Source: Lama guanicoe (taxonomy: Eukaryota). Taken from it: a stretch of 64,000 nt of DNA. The notes beneath the pieces are model-generated. The model was not told where the DNA came from, searched no databases, and was given only the letters and a program-made list of their open reading frames with translations. Of this stretch, positions 30,838-45,451 are shown one piece after another. Each line of letters opens with the position of its first letter. The stretch's first letter is position 1. A program made the position numbers and the translations under genes. Location of the stretch: contig MU054122.1 in NCBI GenBank assembly GCA_013239625.1, positions 274,773 through 338,772 of the forward strand, read 5' to 3'.

Positions 30838-31705
30838 GTATAATGCAGTAAAAAAATTAACATACGTGATATGCAATCTGGAAGATCACTTTGTTTAAAA
30901 TGCTTTTTTTTCCCTCCAAGGAGCGCCAATAAAAATGAAAGCAATATATTGGCTGTTATTTTAGAAATATCAGTGAATCTACTAAGACAGCGATGGAATA
31001 TTTTCTTATATACCCAACACAAAGAAAGACGAAGTTATTTTCAAGAAATTTTAATCTAACCAAACCTGAGGGGATAATTTGAGATTTAATAAAATTGCTA
31101 CCCTGTAATAGTTATCTGTAACAAAGTAATCAGGCACAAAAATACCTGTTTTACAAGTACTTTGAAAGGTATCTCATTTGCATGTCTTAAAATAAAAGTG
31201 CATTTATATAATAGCACCATTTTTTGCCACTAAGTTTTCAGTAAATACGTGGTTGACAATATTCAGCACTTTTGGATTCAAACTCATGTCTATGAAACAC
31301 AGGGATGTCTGAAGAAATCAAATGATGTTAGAGTATCCAAAAGAAACCAAAACCAAAATAATAGTATGAACTATTTCTGAAAAAATATGATAGCAAAATG
31401 AAAATTAAGCACGGTTGTGTATACACCTGTTAGCGTTCTGTAATTGATTACACAAATGAATACAGTTCTTTTAAGTTAGAAAAACGATTCATGAATGTGA
31501 ATACAGTAATTACCAAGCAAGTTACCTACCTATGGAATCTAAAACTAATCATTGACCCTCAAAGATCTTCTGTTGGGATAAAACTTGCTTTCCAAACATT
31601 CCCAGACTTTCACAAAGGAATTTTCAAGGCTGAAGGAGAGGAAGTGGACAGAGAGAAGTAGGGAGCAATTCCTACCACGTTTAATTTTAAGTATTTTGAT
31701 GTTAT

Positions 31706-32195
31706 TGTAGTAAACAAGAACAAATCTTGTTCTCCATAGACTCCATGTTTCTTTTACTTTAACCTTTGTATTGTCTTGCATTTGCTACAAGTTAGTCATT
31801 AACAGGATGTTGCCTAGAGCTTAAAATGGCCCATCTCCAGGAACCCTGCCTCCCATGCCCCCCCGCATTAAACCAAAATACCTTCTGTCACTTACAGGAA
31901 ACATCCTGACCAGGCCCACCTGTGAATGGCTGCAGGCAAGATGAAATTAACATACCCCCCTCAGGAGTCTAGCAGAACCACACAACAGTTTCAACAACTT
32001 ATCACTTTTTTTTACTTTACTCCCTCACCTCCCCCATTTTGTTCTATAGTTCACTAACATCCAAACCAAGAATCGTGGTTTTTTGGGTCCACTATCTCCT
32101 TGGTCTGTTGACTTTCTGAATAAAGACATTGTTCCTTGCCCCAACAACTACTGACCTGTCACATGGCAAGCAGTATGAGCTTGGACTCAATAACA
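31706..32195 (+). mobile_element. ERV1-class solo LTR (MER34/MER39-like)
   Basis: TG...CA termini with a perfect 4-bp TSD (ttat 31702-31705 and 32196-32199), AATAAA near 32119, 3' end gagcttggactcaataaca. Confidence 0.8.
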
Positions 32196-32282
32196 TTATG
32201 CTCAAATATCCGAGTGTCCTGCTCAAGCAATGATTACCCATCAGTTTCTAAAAATGACAGGAAGAGAGCGTGAAAAGCAATA

Positions 32283-33298
32283 CAGATCTTTCTCTGCTTA
32301 TGATGGGTTTACATCAATAATAAAGCCATCGTAAGTTAAAAATATCTTAAGTTGAAAATGCATTTAACACACAGCCTCCCCAACATCATAGCTTAGCCTC
32401 ACCTACATTAAATGTGCTCAGAACACATGTACATTATTAGCCTACAGCTGGGCAATATCATCTATCACAAAGCCTCTTCTGTAATAAAATGCTGAATAGC
32501 TTATGTAACTTACTGGATTCTGTACTGAAAGTGAAAAGCAGAATGGTTGTCTGGGTCCAGGATGGTTGTCAAGCTGTTCACCCTTATGATGTCGTGTTGT
32601 CAGGGCTGACTGGGAGCTGTGGCTGCTGCCACTGCCCAACATCACGAGAGAGGATCAGAGCACATGTCAGAATCCCGGTGAATAGCTGTTACCATAGTGA
32701 TGCCATGCCAGGCTTGTTCATTTCCTCCTGTCCTTCTACTGACCCTACCTAGGACTGTACTGTGAGTAAATCTCTTCTTTGCTGTCAAGGACTTTGTAGT
32801 TAACAGACATTGTTTAATAATCATTAGATCCAGGTGGTTTCTATGCTATATTAGTCTCTGAGTAATGATAAAAACCTTCGCTGACATATTCCTGGCTCAC
32901 ATGGGACTAGCTGCTCATCATAGACCTTGACTTAGGATGCACCTGCTGTCTCCAAGCACATACCCTCACACCCTAGGTTAACTATACAACTGTCCCAGTG
33001 GCCCCTCGGAGATGCAGAATGCAGCTGTGAATGCTCCTGAATCATGGTCCACCAGCTCCTATCCTGGATATAAGTTAGCACAGAATAATAGATCCACTGA
33101 TTACATGGAGCTGCTTGCCTCACTTTTCAATCTCAAGGTATCTTTTCAGTTTGGTGGGCACATTTTGTTCCCTCTGTCCTCAGACACCATGGAAAAGATC
33201 ATAATTCAGTACAGGTTCTAATGAAAGTGTATCAAGGTCGCACCATCGTAAAGTTAAAAAATTGTTAAGTTGAATCCTTGTAAGTTGGGGACTGCCTA
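32283..33298 (+). mobile_element. Tigger5/MER47-like DNA transposon interrupted by a ~510 bp insert
   Basis: TA-flanked; matches recalled MER47-type text at 32283-32678 and again at about 33190-33298. Confidence 0.75.
32679..33186. mobile_element. Probable solo LTR nested in the Tigger element
   Basis: TG...CA ends, 508 bp, degenerate TSD cccgg/ccatg; interrupts the host element cleanly. Confidence 0.5.
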
Positions 33299-33331
33299 TA
33301 ACTTTTTCTCCTCTACTTTTTCTTAAACCCG

Positions 33332-33482
33332 TTTATTTTTTAATTTTTTAATTTTTTTTTATTGACATACAATTACAATGTGTCAATCTCAGGTGCATAG
33401 CACGGTGTCCCAGTCATGCATATACATACATATATTTGTTTTCATATTTTTTTCCATTAAAGGTTATTACAAGATTTTGAAC
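33332..33482 (-). mobile_element. Very short L1 3' end insertion (similar copy at about 35430-35598)
   Basis: Poly-T plus L1 3' terminus, flanked by ttcttaaac direct repeats. Confidence 0.7.
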
Positions 33483-36320
33483 TTCTTAAACTGAAATCCA
33501 GGTTAGATTTTACATAAGTAATTATACGTGCATCAAATTGCACTTGTGGGAAATAAGTATAATAGGATAGCTACTCAATGATTTTAAAAGCAGAAGGCAG
33601 ACAGCTCAACATTCTTAACTTTGTAGCTATGCATAAATCGAAGTACATACCAAGGAAAAAACAGTGGGTAGGACATCTTCAATTCTTAAGTACGTTGTTA
33701 GGTTCAACTAGGATCTCATAGAAAAGTCAGTTCATAACTGAAATTTAGAGTGTCTGCATTTTAGGAGGGATAAATCTGAGCTATGGCCACACTTAAGCTT
33801 ATGATAAGAATGCTTACAGGGAAAGTGAAACAAACCAATGCCAAAGCAAACGGAGCCTCAAGTCTGGAGGAGTTCTTAGAAATATTTTAGTCCATTCTGG
33901 GGCTCCTAGAACTCCTTGAGAATCTGATAAAAGTTAGGTATCTTTTTCCCAGAAACATGTACAAAATGTCACACACAATTTCAAGGGCTTCATGGAACCA
34001 CCGATATACACCTCAGATGTTCCCAGGTAAAGGCTGAGGGAAGTCAGGGGCTCAAACCCCAGGCACAAGTTCTCAGACTCACAATTCCAGTACTGAATGA
34101 TTAAAAACTAAGGAATCTATGAAAAGAGGACAAACATTGTTAAACAAGGGGAAAAAAGACTGCTGAGAAGACAGGCTTTGAGAGAGCCATATTTCTATAT
34201 AATCTAGCTTTTAAACTTCCTTTTCCAGGAGAGCCCATTTTCTCTTAACACTTAAATGTTGATCCCAGACCAAGAAAACACCTTCTGCATCTGGTTGTCC
34301 CAATGTCATCTCAAACACAGCCTGCCCCGAATCAGCTTATCTTCTCAAAAGCAACTTCCCTTTGAAATCTTTCCACTTGTCCCTAGCACCACTAATATCC
34401 CAATCAACCAAACCCAAATTTTCTTGTGTGTCCTTGACTCTATTTTTCTTCTCCTTCAATTAGAAAACCAGGAATCAGTAAGCAACCAGACCCTCCCCAC
34501 TCTTTCAGTCATGTATACCACGGCTATTTACTGGGTACCATCTATGTGATGGTCACAGGAGACACAAAGATAAATAAAACATACCAGTTCTTCAAAGAGC
34601 TGACAGTCAAGTATCCCTTCTTGATATTTCTATAGCAACCACTGATGTTTGAGGTCATCATTCTGCAGTCATCTTTCTACAACCAACCCTGCCTGCTCTG
34701 ATTTCCCTCCGTCTGCTCACTCCCTCCTAAGATTCTAATTTGCATAACATTTTGCTGACTGAATACATTCCCTAAAATAATAAATTCATCATGTAATTCC
34801 CTTGCTGGGAATATCTCTGTTGGGTTCCTGGTATCTACAGAAAGCCTGTGGACTTTGATAATCAGAGCCCTGTGTCTCAACGGGCCGGCCCCTGTCTACC
34901 TACAAGCACCCCCTTCCCCCCAAGTTCCCTCTAGTACAAGTTCACAGCTCCAGTGAAGCTGGTCTTCAAAATTATTCATGTTTATTCCTGGTCCCATCGC
35001 TCCTGGTCTCTCCCTCCCTTTCCACTTATCTTCAGAGCTACAGCTCAAGTCCTGCTTCTTTCCACAAAAACGTTTCAAGAAATTACATCCCGCACTGATT
35101 GTGCATTGATATATTATGGTATTTGTAAACCTCACTCATTTTGACATTAAATCATAAATATTCATATTCTTATTTCTTGTCTCACCAAACTGGCTACAAT
35201 TTCTTCAAAGTCAGTAAGAAAACCTTGCATTTTTCTTGTTTATTTTCATGCAACCATTTATTTAATATACATTTATTGAGGTCCTACTTAGCACATGTCT
35301 CATACCGTCCCAGGCTTAAGGGGTCTATTGTGCTTTGGCATTGTAAACCCAAAACAAATATTTATTGATAAATAAAATGTATGCTCTCTGCTAGCAGGCA
35401 GCATATTTACTTAAGAAATGCTCTCTGCTTTTTTTTTTAATCTGCATTTTTTTTAACTGAAGTATAGTCAGTTTAAAATGCTGTGTCAATTTCTGGTAGA
35501 CAGCATAATGTTTCATTCATACATATACATACATGTATTCATTGTCATGTTCTTTACCATTATAGATTACCACAAGATATTGAATATAGTTCCCTGTGGA
35601 AAGCTGTCTGATTTTTAGATCATGTGACCAGAAAAGTCCATCTTCAAATAGTTCCTAGGTAGCAACTGCTGGGAGTTTCAACAATCAAGCTGGACTTAGA
35701 ATATATTTACTTGCACATATTCTCCAGAATTTAGTGTAACTTTAGTAATTCCTGCTTAAAGAATATTACCACCTTTCACTTTTCTTCAATTTGGTATAAA
35801 TTGCTATAAATAAATAAAATAGGAAACAATTTAGCTACTTGGCATCTATAAAAATCGGGGACATTTCCATAACACCAACTTTATAAATAAGCTAGAAACT
35901 CTCCAGATTTGGCCAGCTATATTACTAAAAATTGAGAAAAGTGGATAGTTTATTATGGTTTAATTGCACACATTTCTGTCGTGGGTTTGTATAATTCAGT
36001 TTACAAATATGCCCATAAAAAGAACATCCTGATATAATAAATGTTCCAAGAAATACATAAATGTCACCATGACTGTTCTCTTGAATGACAATAAACAGTA
36101 AGTGTTATAGTCCCAGATGTTTTCTTAGATTCGTCCTGAAGGGATAGATGGGCCACTGGGTACTCATCAAGGTTATAGATGCACTTTTTGTACTGAGATG
36201 GTACAAAGGGGGAAATGGCCATTATGTCTGCATATCCCCATCTACACAGCATCTATTCATCCTAATTTGCACCCAGTGACTTTCATGCAGCTTTGGATTC
36301 GAAGAGACTCCAGATTTTTA

Positions 36321-36322
36321 GC

Positions 36323-36360
<38 letters not shown>
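36321..36360. repeat. (GC)n(AC)n alternating purine-pyrimidine microsatellite
   Basis: gcgcgtgcgcgcgcgc followed by (ac)12. Confidence 0.9.
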
Positions 36361-36361
<1 letters not shown>

Positions 36362-37061
36362 AGGAAAAACCCTTCTAGACTGTGTATAGAGGCTTACAGA
36401 GATCACCCAAGACTCAGAGTGAGGTTACTTCCTTCCAGAGAGGATTTATTTTGATTTCATCAGGCATCCAGGCCAAGGGCAGATCTAAATCCAGCTGAGG
36501 ATGGAGATGACTCCAGTTTGGGCATCAGTCTTTGAGAGAACTGGGCGTTTCTAGGGATTGCTAGAAGCACTGCTCAGCTTCTCTGCCGCCCATCCTCCTC
36601 TTGCTTGTGCGTCCCGCAAGCTCCCGGTGAGGAAAAGCAGCTCCAAATGCAGGTCCCTCCTCCCTGGGCTTCTTTCTTCTTCTGGATCTGCCCTGGTAGC
36701 TCTCCGCTGGCCTCAAAGAGGTGTTTGGTATCCTTTGTGTTATTCTCCGGAGGTTTGATCTACACCAACTTTACAGTCAGATGTAGAAGCTCCGTGACCC
36801 CCTACTTTAATTATCAGCGTCACCACTCATCTGGTCTTTTCCAGCTAATGATCTGGGATTGATCCTCAATGGTTCAAAACCTCCATATTCTCTTTCTTTT
36901 TTTGCCTACTCTGCACATGTAGAAAGGTCTCTCAAAACCAGACTCGCCTGCCACTCGTTCATTGATTCTGTGATCAATTCGGTTATAATTGCCTGTGCAA
37001 CTTTCTACCTGGTCTTCCTGTTACAACGATCTCTCAGATCTAGTCTGCTGTTTAGTAGAAC

Positions 37062-37440
37062 TTGTCTTAGTCCACTTGAGCAGAACACTACACACTGGGT
37101 GGCTTATAAAAGACAGAAACTTATTTTCACAATTCTGGAGGCAGGGAATTAGAAGACGATCAAGGTGCTGACAGATTTGGTGTCCGGTGAGAATCCACTT
37201 CCTGGTTCTGAGACAGCCGTCTTCCTACTATGTCCTCACTTGATGGAAGGGGTGAGAAGTAGTCCGTGGCATCTTTTATAAGGTCATGTCTTCCATTCAT
37301 AAGGACTCTACCCTCATAATCCAATCACCTCCCAAAGGTCCCACCTCCAAATACCATCATACTGGTGATTCAGTTTTTCAACTTTTAATTTATTTTTTGA
37401 TGAAATTTATGACTCTGAGGGGACCCATTCAGTCTACAGG
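37062..37440 (-). mobile_element. MLT1A-like MaLR solo LTR
   Basis: tgtcttagtcca...gggtggcttata...aatcacctcccaaaggtcccacctccaaataccatca. Confidence 0.8.
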
Positions 37441-38711
37441 AGACTAGGTAGCATAAAATACTCTGGAGATTAAATAGCTAAATATCTCATCCTTTTTCTC
37501 ATCCCTCAGTTCAGAAAAATACTTAATGGTATCCCATAGGAAGTCATGACAATTCATGTGTCTACCCAGTGGAGGAAGGATATTCACTTTTAGCTGTGAT
37601 GCAATCAAGAAGCTACTCTTTCACCCAATGGGAGCCGACCAGAACCTTCCCTCCTCTTGAATTGGCCACAGAATCACAGGCCATTGGTCCAAGGACCCCT
37701 GCGCATACTGACTGGATGAGGTGCAGGCAGAAGCCACAGCCCTGTGCAAGCAAGAAGAGCCGCCTTCCCACAGTAAAGAGAGTGGAGCAGCAGATACTTG
37801 CTAGAGAATCTCAGAGGACAGCAAAGTCTCTTTAATAGGGATTTGAAAACACTGGATCCTTAAAGTCAGTTTTGAAAATAGGAACCAGTAAAGGAAAACA
37901 CATGCTTCCATTCTGTCATAACTTAGCACAAGACAAAACTTGTACTGATGCAAAACAAAGAATCAGAATGTGGGCAAAGAAAAGCAGCGAAAATGGAGCC
38001 CAGGCAAGCACAGAGATCCTGGCCCAGTGGCACCGTATGAGCAGGTGTTAGGAGGAAGAGGTGCCAGGGAAATGTCCAGGCACCTGCCGCAGAGAACCGT
38101 TTTGACACAACTGGTTTCTGTCGGGTGGGCTCCAAGTTATCCACACACAGAATAGCTCTGTAACCATCAATGGATAACCTGGTCTTGTCAGGCTTTTGAC
38201 AGCACCTCCCAGGTAATTACCTGAGGCATCTCATGTCCCTGTACGTTGCTGGTGTCGAAAAGCTAATGAGACAAACTGGAAGGGAATACGCAGCAAGGAA
38301 TAGTTTTTGTTCTAAAGCGAGGGGACCACAGATGATTCTTTTGCCTTCTATGTTTTCCAAACATTCCTTAACACTGTTACATTCCATTTACAAAATAAAT
38401 AAATGTCAAATACAAGTGGTACAGAGCGGCAGCAGTAGCCTCTAAACTATAATAAAAAGTACAACAAAAACTATCATTTTGAACATGGGATTTTTGTAAT
38501 TAATTTCAGTCACATAATTACAAATACAAACTTCCATATAAGAGAAGGAGACAGAGGACCATGTGCCTTATGAGGCGATCTTGGAATGACATCTTCCTGA
38601 TTGTCACCTGGCCCCTTCTACTTTTCTTTTTAACAACACATTGCTTATTTTCCCTAGAAAGCAAATGGAAACACTTTTCATCACCGATTATTTATGAAGA
38701 AATGTTTTTAC

Positions 38712-38798
38712 CTGAAATTCTCATATTCTTCTGCTTGTCGTTTCCATGGACAGCTCTGGATATTTGTGATAATCTGAAGATAGTCATCTTCTGAATAC
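38712..38798 (-). CDS. ST8SIA6: ST8SIA6 internal exon, 87 bp (exon 4 equivalent)
   Basis: gacttttag|G TAT TCA...TTC AG|gtaaaa; encodes YSEDDYLQIITNIQSCPWKRQAEEYENF(R). Not in the ORF track; found by reading the reverse strand. Confidence 0.95.
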
Positions 38799-40589
38799 CT
38801 AAAAGTCAAATGTTAATGAAATTAGAAAGTAAAGGTCTCACTTTTTGCTAAACAAATATATGTGTCCCAAAGGACACTTATAATCTATTCACTTTAGCCC
38901 TTTACATCTTTTCTGAAATAAGGTGACATGGAAGTAAGGAAATATCATACCCATTTTGAGACTCCTAGGAACATGCAATTCTTAAGGAATTATTCTGTTG
39001 ATTTGGGAATGTATAATTTGCACGTATCAGAAGTCAAGCGTAGTATTACAAACAAACACGACAGCACACAAGTTCACATTCATATCTTAAGGCCATTTCA
39101 CCTTAGCATCTCATTAATAAATCAGTAGATCTTTCTCTAGATGTTTAACATAAATATACAGTTAATCATTTTTTTCAGACTCTACATTGATAGATTTATC
39201 TTGGGCTATATGGATAACATTTCCCCAAAATAATCATCTTAAATGTTCATTCTGAATGGTACATTAAAAAACTAGATTAGGCCAAGTTGAAAGAGATGTC
39301 TATTGGTATAAAACTCTACAGGCACAGTGGTAGAGCTGGTCAGGATCCCAGTCCCCAGTCTATCTTCCTCTACCTGATACTCTGTCATTAGGTAATAACT
39401 CCTTTAATCACAGAATAGCCTCTCATCTTTAAGGGTTATCAATTAAATGCATATATCCTTTTGAGTGAAAAAAAAAGAAAAAAAAACCCTTAAATTTTCT
39501 TTTGATTAATATCACAGTCATTAGTTGCCGGCTGTTGAGACCAAGGCTCTGTAACAAAGAGAAAGAGTGTGTGTTGGTGAGTAGGTGGGGAAGGCAGTAA
39601 AGAATCTTGTCAGGAAAATTCCTTACCCACCCCAACACAGTACAATGTGGATCCTCCAAAGTTAATCTCCAAAAGGAGGTACTTATTATAGGTGGGGAAG
39701 ATAGTCAATCAAGCAACTCCTTTGCCCCTGAAATTTACCAACCTTTTGGGTATCTCTCTTGTCAATGTTGCCATCAAGGTTAATCAAAAACATTTTCTCT
39801 TGGTTCTCATTGGACCAGCTAAGAAAAGCTGAGACTCTTGGAAGACTGTGCTGAATATTAAAGGAGAAGCAAAGCGAAAAGCTACCACAGGAGAGAAGAA
39901 AAATAGTTGTACTTGCATACAGGCATCCAACCTTAACCGGTTTACCTCTCCCATGGGCCTTAAGACTTGTCCTGGTACACCAGGTGGCTTGAGAGATCTA
40001 TATACTCTGGCCCCAAAGCTTTGTCTAGATGTGACACTTCCTAGCTGGAGTGAGGACTGCCTGTCTCCATGTGGTGGAAGATAGCCAAAGACCTTCTGCA
40101 AAGCAGCATTAAGCTCAAAAATAAAATAAAAGACATGAACATCCAGCAGCCTACTCACAGCTCTCCCAATGTCTGGTTCTTCAAGAGAGACATAACATTA
40201 TGACTATCCACTCCTGTCCAGAGAAGTCTTGTCTACCATCAAGGCATGGTTTTTAGTCATTTGATCATACTGGGAACAGGACAATAATCAGAGCACTGTG
40301 TGTACCAGGGTTCATCAGGCAAAGTAACAAAAGAACTGCTGTCCCACAAAGCTCAACAAAAGAGGAAATGGAAAGGGAGGGGCCAAATACAAATACTGAT
40401 TAAATCAAGGAGAATTGGAATTGTATCTTAAGTCATCAAGATAAAATATTTCATGAAGTACAGTAAATAGGAAATTAGGAAATTATTATCATCATAAAAA
40501 CCCAATGTGTCAGAGTCTAAAGTTTTATTTAAATGTCATTTGTTAGATTAAAAAGAAATTAGATTTCTCATGACATCTAGCTAAGATAA

Positions 40590-43500
40590 TAAGATTAGTG
40601 AATTTGAAGACATAGCAATAGAAATCATTGAAAATGAAAGGTAAAGGGGGAAAAAGGTAAATGAAAAAGTTACAGAGAATCATTCAGTTGTGAGACAACT
40701 CAACATAATTATTGAGCCCAATATACAAGAAATTATGATCCTAGCAGGAGAGAAGAGATAAAAAGAATTTCAAAAAAATACGGTGGCAACTTTTCCAAAT
40801 TCAATGAACCCACAGATTCAAGCAGCTCAACAAACCCAAAGCACAAGAAACATGAAGAAAATTACAGCAAGGCACATAATAATAAAGTTTCTTTAAACCA
40901 GTGATGGAGAGACAATTGTAAAAGTAGTAGAGAAAAAAGACCCGTCGTGTGCACAGAGACAAAGACGAGAATTACAGCATAGTTGTCAGAAACAGTGCAA
41001 GTCAGAGGCAGCCTAATGAGACCATTAAAATACAGAACAGGAACGGGTGAGGGCGCCTGTCAGTTTAGGATTCTACAGTCTGCAAACCTTTCAAAAAAAT
41101 GAACATAAAGTAAGGACTTTTTCAGGTTGTACAAAGGCTGAAGGAAATCATACCAGCAAATCTTCAGTACAAGGAATACTAAACGAAATCCTTCAGGCAG
41201 ATGAAAAATGAAATCAGACTGCAAGTCTGAACTAAGACCAAAGTAATGAAGAGCACTGGGAAATGGTAAATATGTAAACACGTACGAAAGACTTTTTCTT
41301 CCTTTTACAGGTCTTTTAAAGATAATTGGCTATTTAAAGTAATAACAGTAATAAAATATTGAGGAATTTATAACATACGTAGAAATAAATACATGACAAC
41401 TATAGAAGAAAGGCTAGAAAGGGGAGAGGAGAATAAAGTGGTATAATATAAATCACTTAAAAGCAGACTGTGGTAAGAGAAAGATGTAAACTGTTCACCT
41501 AAAGCAACTAGTGAAAACAAACCACAGAAAGTGATCAAATCTAATCAGAAAATGACTCAATCCAAGGCAAAAGGGACAAAGAGCAGGCAAATAGAAAACA
41601 AGCAACAAAATGGTAGATTTAAATCTAACCACATGAATAATCACATTGAATATTAATAGTCTAAACGTACCAATTAAAAGGCAGAGAATATCAGACTGTT
41701 TTTTTTTCAAAGCAGGAACCAACCGCATACTGTTTATAAGAAACTAACTGCATGTATATAAACAAATAAATTTGAAGTAAATAGAGAAAGGTATACCACA
41801 GTGGAACTAATTAACCTGAAACCGCAATGGCTATATTGCAAATATAATGGCAGACAAAGTAGAGTTCTGAGCAAGGAATATTAACATGAAAATTAGGCTA
41901 ACAGCAGAAAGAGATAAAATTTAAAGGAAAGAATTAATGAAATAAAAACTGGTTCATTGAAAAATCAATAAAATTGATAAGCTGCTTACTGTACTGATTT
42001 AGTAAAAGAGAAGGTACAAATGACCAATATTAGTAATGAGAGAGGGTACAGCACTAACAGTCCGACAGACATTAAAAGTATAACAACAACTTAATGCCAA
42101 AAAATTGACAATTTACATGCAATGGACATCTTCATCAAAAGACAAACTACCAAAGCTCACTCAAGAAGAGAGAGAGAATGTGAATAGTCCTACAGTCATT
42201 AATAAAAATGAATTTGTAATTAAAATTTGTCCTACAAAGAAAACACCAGGCCCTAATGGTGTCACTGAAGAATTTTATCAAACATTTAAAGAACATTAAT
42301 ACCAATTCTACACAAACTCTTCTATAAAACTGAAGCAGGGGATACTTCCCAACTCATTCTATGGGAACAGTGTTATCCTGATACCAAAACCAGAAAAGGA
42401 CATTAAAAAAACAACAAAAGATCCTACAGACCAATATCCCTCATAAATATAGATACAAAAATCCTGAATAAAATATTAGCAAATTGAATTCAACAATACG
42501 TTAAAAGGATAAGGCACTATGACAAAACAGGGTGTATCTCAGGAATGTAAAGTTGGTTTATTTGAAAATCAATTGATGCAACTCACCAAACTAACATAAT
42601 AAAAAAGAAAAACCAAATAATCATCTCAATCATTACATGAGGGAAAAAAAGCATTTAACTTAATTCAATATTCAGCCATGACAAAAATTCTCAGTAAATC
42701 CAGTATAGAAGGGAATTTACACGACTTGATAAAAGGTACCTACAAAAAATACTGTACAGCTAGGATCATACACATCATGGTGAAGGACTGAACACTTTCC
42801 CCCTGAGATCAAGATCAAGGCAAGGATGACCATTCTCACCATCTCTATCCCATGTTGTTCTGGAGGTCCAAGCAGAGCAACAGGACACGAAAAAGAAATA
42901 AAATCATCCAGGTTACAAAGGAGTAAGTAAAACTGTCTTTACTCAGAGAGGATATGATCATCTAAAGACTCTACAAAAAGAAGCTATCAGAACTAATAAT
43001 TTAGGAAATTTTCAAGATATAAGGTCAACCTACTAAATCAGTTATATTTCTATAGACTAGCAAGAAACAAACAGAATTAAAATTTAAAACAATTCCATTT
43101 ATAACATCATCAAAATTGTGAAATACTTAGGAACAAATCTGACCAAAGATGTGCACTTTAAAAGCACAAAATATTAATGAAGTAATTAAACAAGACCTAA
43201 ATAAATGGAGCAATATCCCATGTCCGTGGGTCAGGAGACCCCAGATTATTAAGATGACAATTTTCAATAGATTCTAATTGCAAAATATATTTACTGCACC
43301 AAAATCTCAGCAGTAATTTTTGTAGAAATGAAGAATTTGATTCAAAAATTCATATGGAAATTTAAAGACCTAGAATAGCCGGAAGAATTTTAAAATTCAC
43401 AACAAATTTGAAACAGTTGCTCTACCCAGTTTCAGGACTTACTACACAGTATTATAATATCAGAGCAGTTTCTTATTTATGTCAAGACAAATAAATTAAT

Positions 43501-43850
43501 GGAATAATAGAAAATCCACAAATAAAGTTTTTCAACAAGGCAATTCAATGGGAAAAGAACAATCTTTTAACAAATGTTGCTAGACAAGTGGATAGCTAGC
43601 TTTTTTTTTTTAAAAATCATCAAGTCTTATGTCATCCATCTACAAATATTCACTCAAAAATGGATCATTAATCTAAACATATGAACTAAAACTGGAAAAC
43701 ATCTAGAAGAAAATAGAAGAAAAAATTCTGAATGACCTTAGATTTTGTACATACTATGCACAAAATGTACAGCTTATAGAAGAAGACATCTATAAACTGA
43801 ACTTCATCAAAATTAAAAAGTGACTTTTCAAAAAACACTGGAAAGAAAAT
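40590..43850 (+). mobile_element. Degraded old LINE-1 (ORF1, endonuclease and RT remnants)
   Basis: ORF 42105-42299 contains KKTPGPNGVTEEFYQTFKE (L1 ORF2); tacagaccaatatccctcataaatatagat is the YRPISL motif; many stops. Confidence 0.9.
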
Positions 43851-43858
43851 GTCCTCCC

Positions 43859-44027
43859 TGTACTAGAGCTGGCTCATACAGGCTGGGGAGAGTCGTGAGC
43901 ACACTGTAAAATCATCCGGGAGCCTGAAATTGGCCAAGGTGGGAGCATTTACACCATGGGAATCAGCAAATGCGACAAATCAGGGCTCCCTCCTCCCCAA
44001 GCTAGTTGTGAAACATGAGTGCACTGC
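43859..44027 (-). mobile_element. MER63-like hAT DNA transposon
   Basis: gaaattggccaaggtgggagcatttacaccatgggaatcagcaaatgcgacaaatcagggct resembles the recalled MER63A reverse complement. Confidence 0.6.
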
Positions 44028-45451
44028 TGCTCTGATACCTCTCCACCCCTATTCCCCAAACCCTTGGTCTGGCTCCAAACTTTCCAGTTTTTCCCCAGTT
44101 TAAGCCCTATGGAGGTCTGCTGAGAAGGCCAGATGAGACTTTGCTGCCAAACCTGACTCATCAAGAAGGCTGATTCAGAGTGGTCCTGAGCCCCAGTGAA
44201 ACAGAACAACCATATTAGATCTATCTTAGGAAATTAAAGGTGACTTTATTTCTCCCAAGGTTTTGAGCAAATGCTCTTATGTATATTACACGTTAACTTT
44301 GGCTTACTTGAAAGGCAGAGTTTGTGCCACTTTGCTATCATTCTTCCTTTTATATCAAGCCTACTCTAGAACATTAAAATGATCATCCATTGCCAATTAG
44401 AATAAAAATGCATTGTAAAATACATACGGTCTTTTAAAACGTTTTGTTTTAATGACATACACCCCCCAATAAATTGTGGCTGGCTCCAATCTAGCTTAAT
44501 GATGAAAGATGTCAAATCATAATGTATCTAATTACACTAGTAAGTTAGCTGCGTAAAAGTGCTTTTGAATTTATAACCTCTGATATTTAAAACCAAGCTG
44601 AACACATTGCAGCAGACTATCTCTTGTAAAGGAAGAAATACTCCTGGCCATTTTATAATCAGAAGACAGTATCAAGCTACTTTATTTCCTGAAAGTGTGG
44701 TCTTCAAAGAATCTTTTTTTTAGGTCCAGCCTAGAATTGATACATTATCGTCTGATATTATACATGGGAAGACTAAAGAATAAGGAATATCAAATGGAGG
44801 GCTTTTTTTTTTCCCCCTTTCTACTGAAAAATAAATCACCAACCAGCTTTTTTACAAAATTAAGATTACCACAGTAACATCATGATTTGTAAGGTTGGGA
44901 GCCTGGCTGGAGAAGGAAAAATTACACATAAGCTGTAAGTGTGGGTTAATTGGTGAAATAAAGGTGCCTCTTTTAAAGTCTCCTGTTGAGTAAAATGATC
45001 TAAATCACATCTTACTTTCTGCAAATTTACATTTACAGTTAGTTTTCATTTGCAAAGTACAGCCTTCACCCTATGCTATTCCTATGTTATTCACCCCCAT
45101 TTTTATGGATGACAAAGCTAAATGTTCAGAGAAGATAAATAGTTTGCTCAATATTATATTTTAAGCAGATGAGCTAGGAATTCAACTCACTGGCTTTTGA
45201 TTCACAGTGCTCTCTTTCCAATATATCATGCTGCATCTCATCTATTTTCCTAATGAAACTGAAAATTAATCCCTTCAGAAATATTTTCTGGTACCAAGAC
45301 ATACAGTAAATCATACTAAATAACACAGCAAGTTATTTTCAAAAGAATAAATAATGCCTATTATTAATAATACTCAAAATGGTTACAAATTATAAATAAC
45401 ATGCTAAGTGATACTAAGTAAATATATTAAAATTTAAAGTATTTTTCTAAA

